Source: Camelus ferus
Lineage: Eukaryota
Direction: 5' to 3'
Assembly: GCF_009834535.1 (NCBI RefSeq)
Contig: NC_045696.1
Coordinates: 8,868,001 to 8,932,000 of the forward strand
DNA: 64,000 nt
In this document: piece after piece, positions 40,985 to 52,479 of the stretch
Position numbering within the stretch: the stretch's first letter is position 1
How the letters are laid out: each line of letters starts with the position of its first letter
Notes under the pieces: model-generated
Seen by the model: the letters and a program-made list of their open reading frames with translations, nothing else
The model's database searches: none
Told to the model about the DNA's origin: nothing
Position numbers and translations under genes: made by a program

Positions 40985-41216
40985 TATGACTTTGGAATCA
41001 GACACACATGCACTTGCATCTTAGTTCCGTTACTTACTGACTGTATGCCTTTGAGCAATTTGCTTTGCTGAACCCCAGATTCTTAACCCACAGAAAAAGC
41101 CAATGAATGCAACTTCCTCATTGGGCTGCCACGAGGATTAAGTGAAAAAGCACACAGCACCCAGTTCAGTGGCTGTAAATGGCGGCTTCCATTGTAACCA
41201 GTTCATCATCATTATT
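40985..41216 (+). mobile_element. MIR
   Basis: ctttggaatcagac...acttactgactgtatgcctttgagcaa...gaggattaagtga, with an attatt tail. Confidence 0.6.
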
Positions 41217-41219
41217 AGA

Positions 41220-42390
41220 TAGTCTTTCTTCACTGTAGGATAGCTAAAGTCAACATTTGAAAAGCCTTGGATCATGGTCAAATTATGGTTGAAACCCTGG
41301 ATATGAAATTGATTGAAAAGAGGCTCCATATCCTTTACGTTAATAGTTAACTCTCTCATGCTTCAGAGTCAGCTGGGGGTCAAATCCTGCCTTCTCCCTC
41401 GGTCCCTGAGAGTCAGTCAACTGGTCTGGGGCAAAGGATAGCCTTGTTATCTAAAAAGACTCTCAGATGATTCTAGAGAGCAGCAAGATTGGGAGCCACT
41501 GCTTAAGGTGACCCACCAGCACACAGACCAAGGGCTACGCTTTGCTGGAAGCCTGACCTGCATCGTAGAATGCATACCTGTCTCTTTTATTTAGAAGTGG
41601 ACCATAGTGGTGCTTTGAGAAAAGTTGGGATGTAGGGCTGTGGACAGACCATAATCTTGACCAACACTCTTGTACAGGTACACAGCTGGGAACTCCACCT
41701 CACAAAATATGGGAAAAGTTATCTTGGTCTGGAATTTTGTAGTGGCAAAAGTTTTCAAGTGGCCATCTCAGTCATAAAAGTGGCCAAGAAGAGACTGCAT
41801 ATGCTTACATAAATCTGAAATCAGCTATAAATCATACACTCATGTAGTATGACGATTTGAGTGATTGACCAAGGTTAGCTTCAATCTCCATTCCACGCTG
41901 AAAATCGTCAGCCCAATACGATGACTTTTTGTTTCGGCATGACTGATGCTGAGCTGATGGTTCTGAGCCTAATTAGCCAACTGGTTGAGCCACTTTGCAA
42001 GGATGGTTCCAGTTCTTCATAATACAGCCGAAGCCTCGAAGTAGTGCAGAGTAGCTGCCTTCCTGTTGGTTATGGCATCTTACGGCTATATCAGGTTGGT
42101 TAAATGCGTTTGATTTGCCTATGGTACCTGGCTTAATATTAGAACTTAATCCGCCAAAAGACAGCTCCAATCCACTGTGAATTTGGTAGCAGCAGTGAGA
42201 TACAGGGTTTGGGGCAACGTAAGAAGCTGGGGATGGTTATCACACTTGTATCAAATATCCATAGATCGTCCCAAAGCTAACAGGAGGGCGTGAGTTCTGT
42301 AATAAGCCAAACATCACTCTCCATTTTTGTTCATGAATACTGGACCAGAATTTAACACAAACAGCAGTGGACTAAAATCTTACTCTAGTA
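41220..42390 (-). pseudogene. Candidate endogenous bornavirus-like nucleoprotein element (EBLN), decayed
   Basis: Collinear minus-strand motifs compared with BoDV-1 N as recalled: PVSFG/PVTRG, SHCC/SHCC, IGAVF/IGVVI, SSNIKPG/SSKIKAG, QIKR/QIKK, AATL/TATL, WNHPC/WINGQPW, LFPYF/LFPFL, LSTALHPNF/LAPRSFPNL, STM/PTM. Many stops and frameshifts. Ends are approximate. Confidence 0.65.
41341..41501 (+). mobile_element. MER5B-like hAT MITE
   Basis: ggtctgggg...cagatgattctagagagcagcaagattgggagccactg matches the MER5B right half. Degenerate 8-bp TSD ctttacgt (41333-41340) / cttaaggt (41502-41509). Confidence 0.7.
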
Positions 42391-43089
42391 TAAAAATTTT
42401 ATTCTCTCAGATTCACTATTCAAGTTATGTGTATCATCATATGTAAAGTTCAGGCGTAAGAATAAAATCAATGTAAACAAAGATACATCTTTTAGGAAGA
42501 AATAGAAAATATTTCATAAAATATTTCACTTAACTGTAACAGACAAATAAGGCTTATTGTCACCTGAACAGTCATTCTGACACCTTGGTAATAATGGCAA
42601 GGCAAGTAATAGCTAGCCCTCACAAACTGTCATATAGTGGATTATGACAAGAAGTGAATTTCGACCAGGTGTTTCCCTCTTTTTGTGCAGCTTTTCTTAG
42701 AGAAGTGGCCCATCAGAAAACACCATCGCTCAGTCCGGTTTCCTGTGGTAGAATCGTTCCCCATCCCAGCAGTTCAAGACTCTTAAGACGAAGAGGGCTC
42801 AGGAACTCTTGCACGACAAGTAGAGTGTGCCAGCCCAGGGTGCTAGGCACCCTGGAGGTCGTGGGCAAAATTGCAGATGGAGGACATGGCTCAGTGGTGA
42901 TCAGGAAAGTGGCTCAGGAAGGAGAGCATCATTAGTCCTCTGGGCGTCTCTGCAGCTTTGAAGCTGAACCATTTCCATGAACCGTGACCAGAACTTCGCC
43001 TAGGCTGAAGGCTGTCTGAGAAAAGACCGGTACGTTGCTTTCTAAAATGCAGGTTTCTGTAGACAGATGAGGTTAAAGTCAGTTATCCC

Positions 43090-44220
43090 TTAAACACCGG
43101 TCTTTCATGTGGTGCTGTCCCCAACTTCTCTTCTTTTCACTCTATAGATCTTTCCTAGTTGATCTCACCTAAAATCATGACCACACCTCCCCTTCAAATG
43201 CATAGAGACTTTCCCCCATCCGACCCAGGACCTCCAGGTTCCCTGGTCACCTTAAGTCAGTCTGTCTAAAACAGGCTTTCTCGTGTCACTCCTGTGCCCT
43301 GGCTGGTCCTCCTTTGCCCTTACTCCCTCCACCTACAGCACACTGCTGCCCTCCCCATCACTGCCTTCTCACTTGCCTCTACCTAGATCGTTTTCCCCAA
43401 GACATCCTCTGATGTCACTTCCACAGTAAGCCCTTTCTGGACCACTTTGCTTTATTGCTCAACATCACCTTCTCGACCCCCAGCATTTCTGCTCCCACAC
43501 ATCCTGCTTTGCATTTCCCTTGAGCAATAGTTTAGTAAATGGAAATATTCCTTCCCCCGGGGCCGGGGGGGGGGAATATCTGCATCCTAATCATTGGAAT
43601 GAGTTATGTCATATGGAAGAGACTTAGCAGATGGGACTAAATTAAGGATTTGGAGCCAGAGAGATTAGCCTGGATTATCTAGCTGGGCCCTTAATGTAAT
43701 CACAAGTATCCTTATGAGAGGGAAAGCAGAGGGACATTTCATACAGACAGAAGAGAAGATGGTGATGTGCCCCTGGAGGCGGAGATGGGAGGAATGCAAC
43801 TACAAGCCAAGGAGCGCCGGCAGCCGCCAGAAACTTGAAGACACGAGGAATGAATTCTCCCCCAGAGACTCTAGTGGCAGCATGGCCATGCTGACACCTT
43901 GATTTTGTCCCAGTGATACTGATTTGGGACTTGGGGCCTTCAGAATGGCATGAGAATCCATGTCTGATACACGCTGTCCTGTATGTGGCCTTTTTGTTAC
44001 AGTGGCCAAAGGTAACACATGCATAGTAATTGTAATCTCTCATCACACTGTAAGAATTGCTTCTTCATTATGTTTCTGGTAAGTATTGTTGGTCCCTCTT
44101 CACTAAAATAAAAGTTCCAGGAAGTGCAGATTTTTGTTTGTTTTGTGTCTGATGTATCTCAGGTGCCTAGAACCTGCATACAACAGCACCAAAATATTTA
44201 CTAGGTAAATGGTGAATGAG
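43090..44220 (+). mobile_element. L2 fragments, interrupted by an MLT1 LTR
   Basis: L2-like ctcttcttttcactcta and 3' end tgtatctcaggtgcctagaac...aaatatttac...aatggtgaatga. Confidence 0.55.
43530..44022 (+). mobile_element. MaLR solo LTR (MLT1C/D-like)
   Basis: gcctggattatctagctgggcccttaatgtaatcacaag...ctacaagccaagga...ctgacaccttgatttt...tttgttacag. Confidence 0.8.
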
Positions 44221-44807
44221 TTGTCTCCACCTGCCTACACCCTCCCATCTTCCCAACCTTCACAAACCTGTTTCCTCCTAAACTCCCTGTTTTGTGAATG
44301 GCATTCCCATCTCTTCATGGTCCTCAAATCCTCCCTCTCCCTCATCCTCTACATCCAGCAGTGGCTGCATCCTGATCACGCAACCTCTTAACTGTCTCTC
44401 TGCTCTTTTCTCCTCCAGGCAAGGTTCTCAGCCATGGCCTGGGTTCAGTCACTTACCATTTCTCTCCTGGGTTGCAGTAGACTCTTCAATATTCATGGCT
44501 ATCTCCACCCTCCGTTCCACTGCCTGCTGCTTTATCTGGACTCCTGCTCTCCTCCCCTGCCTCCTGACCCTCCACAGCATGCAACTGTATTCCTGCAAGA
44601 CTGAGCACCAGAGAACCCTTGCAGCCCTGCTCTTCCTCCCCTGTGAGCCTTGGGTGCACGTGCTGGTCCCGCTGTCTACGTTCAGACTCAGGCATCAGGA
44701 ACGCCCCGGTGCCAACGCTGGCTCCGACGTTCACTCAGCTATCAAAGGAGTGCAGTGATATTACTCACATCACAGATTTGCTGTGAGGGCTAAAGAAACC
44801 AGTGTGT

Positions 44808-45309
44808 GCTGTGGTTAACTGATAACAAAAATGTTCCCAGTTTTCTGCCCTCTTGTGTCCATGTTCCTTTACATTGTGCCTTGTAGTTTTTTCCCATCAA
44901 AAGGTGGACTCTGTGTTCCCTTGAAACTTTTCCTGTTCGATCCCCTTGAATCCCCTGTGTCTTGCTCTGTCCTGTTGACGACAGCAGAAGCAGTGCCGTG
45001 CCGGGCTGCTGTCTCCCAGGGGACCCTGCCACCTCCACGTGGACAAGCTTGGGCTAGCCTGCTGGAGGATGGAGTCCACGAGGGAGACTGAGGCAGCCCA
45101 GCCTGTAGCCAGCTGACCCCCAACATCTGAAGACTCACAGCGTAGGTCCACAGAGCTCTGCTGAAATCTCCTTTGACCACTGCCGCACCAGTCCGGCTCA
45201 CTGAAGGAGAGCCATCTGGATGACCCACGGTCTGATGAGTATGAACGAGTACTTATCATTTCCAGCCACTAAGTTTCAGAGTGTCACGCAGCAGCAGGTA
45301 ACTGATACA
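44808..45309 (+). mobile_element. MaLR solo LTR (MLT1G/H-like)
   Basis: cccatcaaaaggtggactct...gggctagcctgctggaggatg...agccactaagttt...taactgataca. Confidence 0.7.
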
Positions 45310-45509
45310 CGGGCAAGGAGCAAACGTCAGCTTTTCTCGTTAATTCGTATTAAGACAGAATGTTCCCATTCCAACAAGGATTTTCCGTCTCCTCCAAGAG
45401 ATTATCACTCTAATGTCCCAAATCACTCTGTGGCATAACATGCTCTCTCTCATGTCTATTGTTTGGCTTATGACCTTGGCATTGATACTGTTTGTATATT
45501 ACTTATACG

Positions 45510-45745
45510 TGAGGCAGTGTGTTGTAACACCCGACGCCATGGGCTCAGGAGCCAGGCTGCGTGGGACTGTACTCTGACTTCACCATTGATTACTGCATGC
45601 CCTTGGCAAGCTCTTTGTGTACTTGTGTTTCAGTTTTCCCATCAATAAGATGGGGATGATAATAACGCAACTGCTTCCCAGAATTGCTGGAGAATCAACT
45701 AAATTGATGTCTTACAAATGTCTAGGTGTGTACACTTTGCTCAGT
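45510..45745 (+). mobile_element. MIR
   Basis: ccttggcaag...tcagttttcccatcaataagatggggatgataata. Confidence 0.6.
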
Positions 45746-47974
45746 AAATGGGGAAGGAGGAGAAGTCTGTTTCTCTCATGGAGACAGATCATCAAGGACC
45801 CTCACCCCATCTCTTGGTCTTTAACTTAATCAAAGCTACAGAGTCCTTTTTACCATGTTTTAAGATAAGGTGTTTACTTATTTATAGATTCAAGTGATTA
45901 GGACGTGGAAATATTTGAGGGGCCATTGTTCTGCACAAGAGATAACAACATTGGTCAAATCTCCAAGCATAACCACAGGATCCCCAGGGAAGGGACTGGA
46001 AGAACTCTTGAAAACCATTCTGTCCAACTATTTTGGGGGAACTATTTATGTCAAAGCGACATGAATGGAGTCCCTCGGAGTTGTGTGAACTCAGCAAGGC
46101 TACCAGAAGTAGAAGCAGTAACTCAGAAATGGCTTGTCTGGTCTTCCACAGCGTGATCTTAAGCTTCAGTTTTGAATTTGTAGCTCTTAAAATAAGCTCT
46201 CTTTTTAAATTTTTTTGGTAATGCTGATTAAGATTCTACTCTATTTCATAAATCCTTCTAAGCTCTGCCTTTCTGAAAGGAAAGGTCGATTTAATCAGGT
46301 GCAGTGCTGGTTCTCAAACCGTGTTCCAAGAAAGTACTTCAGAATTTTCATATTTAGTGCAATTTCATGTCAAAATATTTCAAACATGTAAAACTCTATA
46401 ATAAACATGAGTTTTCAGATATGTTACCTGTTGATCTTGACACACTTATTATTACTTTACTAAGTGATGTTCACTGGTTTGGGGCTGATCTCAGACTGAA
46501 GTGTCTCCAGACATCTTGGTTTGATGGGAAAGGGTCCTGACTCTAGAAAGTAGATTGTTGTCTGTTTTTGCTTTTTTTTCAAAAAGGGAGAAGGAGAGAC
46601 AAATGATTTTTCCTGGCTATTCCTGTGTCATGAGTCAAATTTTTTTTTTCAGTATTGTGCAATAAAACAGTATCAACCAAAAAAGAGGAAATAAATAATA
46701 ATATTACCAGCAAACACGGATGAGGTATTTAATACATGCCAGGAACTGCTGTAAACATTTCGCTCATGCACAAATATCAATTTGTATAAACTTTACAATA
46801 ATCCTATCTGAAAGGTACTGTTCTGCAGATGAAGAAAAAAAGGTATGGGGACATTAAGTGGTTTTCCTCCTCACTTAATCTCCCCAAACCTTAATCTTAA
46901 TCAAACAGCTGACAAATGTCAGAGACCACGAGGCTCTACCTTGCTTTTACCAGTGACAATGCTTAGTTATAATTCTGTTTATCAGAGCAGCCCGCATCGT
47001 TCTCACAAATTGCCCTTGTGGTAGTAAATAGAGTTGCTTAGGATTGAAGGAGGGTAAGGAAATATTCTTGTTTCTCCTGAGCAGAGTAAGAGACACAAAT
47101 AGGAGTCAGGTCTATGACGATGGAAGTGTAGCATCATTCATTACTGATGGGCAAAAGCTTGGTTGAGGGAGGAAGCTGAAGTTTGTTGCTATAACAAACA
47201 GCCTAATACTGTCTGCCTGTATTGGATTCTTAACCCTGAACCCCAAAACTGGATTGATCCAGCCATTGTAGAAGGCCTGGGGGCAGCCAGGGGCAGAACT
47301 TGTCTGTTGGTCTAAGCTGATGACAAGGCAAGGAGCAGGATGAGGCCCGTCACACCTGCCAGCATCATCTCCTCCATCTCCCAACCTCACCCACTGAATC
47401 TGAAGGAGGTTGCAAGACACGCTTAGAAGGGAGCCTATAGGGATATCTGCATATGTTTTCAAAAAAATGGAAGGGGAAGAAGAATCCTCCAAACAATTTC
47501 AAACCAAGACCCACTAAATACAGGCTGAGCAATTTAAAACCCTACTTGGATGTCGTATGTATCAGAGCTCGGGGTGACATTTTTGTTCAAAAGAAAAATA
47601 TGGTTCCACTGCTTAATGCATGTGTAAGCCGTTCTTCTGAAAAGATGCAAATAAGTTACATCCTATTTTAAATGCTCACTTTACCTTTCCCAAAGGATCA
47701 TTTCAAAATTTTAAGAAAACCTAGTTCTTTTCGGGAAACAAAACTACACTGATTGACTCAAGGCATCATCCTCAGAATCTGACTTTCTGCCTGATCTTTT
47801 TTCTCAGCCCATTGTATTGTCTCTATTTCCAGGGCCAAGTGGTAACTGATACATATTTATGTTCTTCATAAATATTGGAACTGCAAATGAGAGATGAGGA
47901 GGATTGCCTAGTGCCAGAAAATTACATAAGTCCAAGACTAGGTTTTCCCATTCTTTGAGACTGAACGACACAGT

Positions 47975-48115
47975 CAGTGGTTGTGAAACTCAGCTGCCTC
48001 AGAGAATCATTTAGGCTGCTTTTTTTAATTAGTAAGAAAGTCTGGGGCCCAGCCCAGACTCACCTAATAATCAGAATCTCTGGAGGTGGGGCCTACAAAT
48101 CTATCATTTCAAATG
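47975..48115. mobile_element. MER5-family MITE fragment
   Basis: cagtggttgtgaaac...agaatcat...atcagaatctctggaggtggggcct. Confidence 0.55.
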
Positions 48116-50499
48116 TTACTAAAAATCAAATGAAAAGTAAATTTGCATAAAAGACATAAAGACAAAATCAAACGCTTTTTTTTTTTTTAAAGTTTCTAGA
48201 ATTAAAAGAAAAATCACTAAGATTAAAACAGCCTAAAGCAGTTTATCAAAACCTCTGTGTTCTGGAGGCAACAAAAGCAATGAAGGCAAACAAAATTTAA
48301 GCAAAGACAGAGTGCCCTGCAGGTGCCCAGCTGAGTTTCTACCTTGGTCCATCCAAGCTTGGAGTTGCTGGCCTGAGGGAAGAGGCCACGGTCAAATGCA
48401 AGCCAGAAAGGGCATAGTCAGCTGATTCTCTTGCCAGGCCACCCACTGGCAAAGTCCTGGGTTAAGAAGCCACTCGTGTTCCTCTCTTAAACTCCTGTCA
48501 CCGAAAAGCATCTATTATCTGCTCTCAGATATCCAGCCTCATCCTGAGGTGAACAAACAGGGGTTTCAGTCCTTTATGTCTGTGTCCTGAGGAGACACGA
48601 GCTAGGCACTGGGGTTTCCTAGATACAGTCTGAGTGCTTCCAGAACTGAGAATACAGTGAATGATTTTACCCAACTGGAGAGGAAAAGGATATGGACTTG
48701 AAAAGAAAATCCTTGCAAAGCCACCTGTAGACATACAGGTGACAACATGCAGTGTATCTATTCGGCACCAAGGGGACCAGGGATATTTCATCAATCCAGA
48801 CCTTCTGTAAGATCACATGTGCATTTCCAGTTAGTCGAGAATGAGTGCACTGAATTATTTGAGGAGCAAATTACTGTCTTTTGATGAATCAGAAGGCATA
48901 TGTGCTTCTAAGCCATCAGTAGGGCAATCATTCGTGTTACAGCAGTGATGTTCTGACAAGCTTATTAATATCTAGCAGATTGATCTAATTAACATATTAA
49001 TCTAATTAATAGACTGACAAAATATACTTTATCAGCATATGATCTACAGTTTACATATTCTAACTATGTGCTGTTGGATATATTGCGTAAAATATTTTAA
49101 ATCAATGCATTCATTAATAAATTGAATCCTGTCTCCAGTGCAGTAGAGTAAGGCAAGGAATAAACCCCAGATGAACCCAGCAGATCCTGGGAGGGGCTTG
49201 AGAAGGAAGAAGGATGTTTAGAGAATCTCAGGGGAACAGTCCCTTGATAATGATCTTATTTTCTGTGTCCCAAACGTCAGTCTTTCAATGTGAATGACTC
49301 ACTGGCACTCTGAGCAAACCAAAAACAAGTTTTTGGGGTTCGATGATTGATATATTGGGCACACTGGGTGAGCCCTTTGATGATCTGCAGAAAGTTAAGG
49401 GCAACCTGTCCTTAGATTTTTGGTAAGTTAGTTTCTGCTCACGTGGATCTAGATTTTTGGCAAATCTTCTTCAATTCACCCCAGCCAAAATCTTATGTGT
49501 TTGTTGAGTGGAAATATACCCTGAGTCAGCTAATTATTGCGTGTTGTTGTAGCAAGTAGCACACCCAGGCTAAATTTGGAAAGGTAGGAGCTTCCCACAT
49601 GTTTGTGCCCAAACCGAGAACTAGAATCTATTTTCCTCAAAATGAAAATATCTTTACTGTTTTCTCAGATTGCAAAAATAATAGTGTGACTTAGAAAATC
49701 CCCAATGATACATACAATACGTAGAAGAAAAAAATCTCCTGAACCAGTGGTACTTAGAGATGAGTAGCTAAACACTCGGTAAATACGTGTCTAGATAAAT
49801 CTCTAGGCATATACAACTTTAAGTAAAAGCAATCCTGTGGCTTGACTTGCTTTGTTATTTAACAATATTGTAGTCCCCTTCCTATGTTAATATGCATGTA
49901 TTTACACCATAGTTTTTGATAACTTCCTGGTGTTCCATTATCTGGCTATACCAGAATTTTAACTATCTCCCAATTATTAACGATGTTGTCTTCAATGTTA
50001 TTAACTGTTTTAATAGTCATCCTTACATATACACATTTGTGAATATATCTGCTTGTCTACTTAAGATCAATTCTTAAAAATAGACATATCCATTTTCAAG
50101 GCTTTGGTTTCTATTATCAAATTGCCCTCCTCCAGACAGCTCATCCCAATTTACTCCTCCTCTATCAGTGTTTGAAAAACCAGGTGAATAGTGTTTATAA
50201 AAATCAGGAATAGCCCACTTAAGTTGGGTGTTATTTTATCAACTGAGAATTATTTAGTGCTAGCCTTCATGAAATTAACAAACTGTTTTCATTGAATTTG
50301 AACTTTAGAACGAGATCTACATATCTTCCACTATCTCTGAGGAGCATAGTGCCCCAAGGGTGGGCTTTAATTCATCCTCACTGAGAAGCTGACCCTCTCC
50401 TTATGTGGTCTGGCCAAGAGAAGAAGAGACTCCCCACTGTGGTCCCACCTGCATCTTGCCTGCTCCGCCCTGAGGTTCCTCCTTCTTGATTCCAGCTTC

Positions 50500-51020
50500 T
50501 ACTTCTGGCCACCCGTGGCTCCCTATCTTTGTGTGTCAGCCATGGGAGCCTTCCTTCCCGGCCAAGATCCCTCCACCAATCTTCTGACATCTACTGTCTT
50601 TGTGGCCAGGATTCTGAGAGAGTCTAAAGCTGCAATGACTGAAAAAGATCTCTTCTCGTTTGAAGTTCCACCCAGACACAAAGCCTCCATGTGCATAGAA
50701 CTGTGGTTCATCCTTGGCAATTCTTTAAGTATCCATCATGTGTATAAAATTGGGGTACACTTTACTGTAACACCTCTTACAGCTACATGTTCCTCCAAAC
50801 ATTTATTGCAGCAACCATCCAACACAGCTATGACCTGACAGCATCTTGCCTCAGCTGCACTGTCGGGGCTAGCTCAGTAATGTACTTTTTTTGGACATTT
50901 CTTCCTCCCATTTCCCTCTATCCAGTCTCCCACTCCTGTTTCTTGGGATCTTTCTCCCCCCAAAACTACACACAAACCCTTGTCTCAGGCTCTGCTTTCT
51001 GGGAGAACCAAGACTAAGAT
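50500..51020 (+). mobile_element. Old ERVL-type LTR remnant
   Basis: The 3' terminus cttgtctcaggctctgctttctgggagaaccaagactaaga is typical of old ERVL LTRs. The 5' boundary is uncertain. Confidence 0.45.
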
Positions 51021-51869
51021 CCTTCCCAGCATTAAGACTTGCAATGAAGTGAAGCAGTTTTAATTAGTAGCAAACATCTCCCTCTCAAGTAACTGTTAAC
51101 ATAAGATGAATCCAAACAGCTCTACTTAAACTTAAAAAGTTGGCACTGACTTGCCATTAAGGCAACAGATGTTCCAGAGTTAAGAGCCCAAGGCTCTACT
51201 GAGAAACTCAAAGGCAAAACTGGACCAATAGTTATAATTCAATTTTGAGAAAATAGGAGTGGAATGATACATTCTAAAGTTATTTCAGTGACCCTACACT
51301 GAAGAAGTTTGTGTCCTAGAATACACAACAGCAGGCTGCATTATCTACATATAAATAATAGCTCACTTCAATTAGCTACCTTATCTAAGTAAATTTGAAT
51401 CCTTTATACTTTGTTAGAAAGTAAAATTTTATTAAAAGATTGTTGTTTATACTCTTCTTTTCAAGACACTTTCCCAAAAAAAGAAGATGTTTCTTTTTTA
51501 CAGACAGAGAGGGACAGTCTTGAATGAAACTTCTCCAAAATAGAGACCCAAAATGCAAATGAGAATACCTATTTCCTCAATGAATCATTGCTGTGCTAGT
51601 CCAAAAAAAAAAGGCTTGCAACTGAGAAAATGTAGTTTAAGTTTCTGTGACAAATTCTACTCACCGTAGTATCCAAAGAATAGGAAGAGAGACATAGGTC
51701 AATGTGTTCACCGCCATCTTTGTGCCATCTGCAGTCATTTTTTTGAAGCCCTTTTTATAGGCAACAGAGAATTCCTTTTCCCTCCAATTTAGATGTCACT
51801 CTTTTAATACTTGTCAACTCTAATCCATATTAGATATCTAAAACCTCTTGAATCCAAAACATTTCTAGA

Positions 51870-52140
51870 ACTGTCTAGAACAGGCAAATCCACAGAGTCT
51901 GAAAATAGATTAGCCATTGCTGGGCACTCGGGGCAGGGAGGAATGGGGAGTAACAGCTAATGGGTAAAAGGTTTCTTTTTGGGGGTAATGAAAACATTCT
52001 AGAATTAGGCAGTTGGAGGTGATCACACAACTCTGTGACTATACTAAAACCACTGAATTGTACAACTGGAAAAGGTGAATTTATTGTGTGTGAACTCTAT
52101 CTCAATTAAAAAAACCCCTCAAAACTTAAAAACAAAAAAC
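51870..52140 (+). mobile_element. L1MB-like 3' end
   Basis: aacaggcaaatccacagag...ggaatggggagtaacagctaatgggt...tatctcaattaaaa. Approximate TSD aaaacatttctag / aaaacactttctag. Confidence 0.8.
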
Positions 52141-52207
52141 ACTTTCTAGCAGTAGTTGATATTTTTTTTTCCTGGGAAAACCTTTTCCAGCACTTGTGTT
52201 TGCTCTT

Positions 52208-52470
52208 TTCTATTTATTTATTTATTTTTAATTGAAGTAGAGCTGATGAACAATATTCTACAAGGTACAGGTGTACAATGTAGTGATTCACAGTTTTTAA
52301 AGGTCATTCTCCACTTACAGTTATTGTAAAATGTTGGCTGTCTTCCCCGTGTCGTACAGTACATCCTTGCAGCTTGTTTTATACACAGTAGTTTGTACCT
52401 CTTAGTCCCCTCCCGCTATGTTACCCCTCCCCCATCCCTGTCGCCACTGGTCACCACTGGTCACCACTCT
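52208..52470 (-). mobile_element. Short L1 3' end
   Basis: ttttaattgaagtagagctgat...gtacaatgtagtgattcac...ccactggtcaccact. Confidence 0.7.
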
Positions 52471-52479
52471 TTTTCTTCT

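Noticed and set aside
41138..41359. 73-aa ORF (MRELTINVKDME...) as an intact viral C-terminal gene
   Set aside because: Its start lies inside MER5B and its end inside MIR. Only the middle could be EBLN-derived.
42400..43080. Further bornaviral genes (P, M, G, L) next to the putative N element
   Set aside because: I found no motifs resembling those proteins by eye. I also saw no poly(A) tail or TSD bounding the EBLN.
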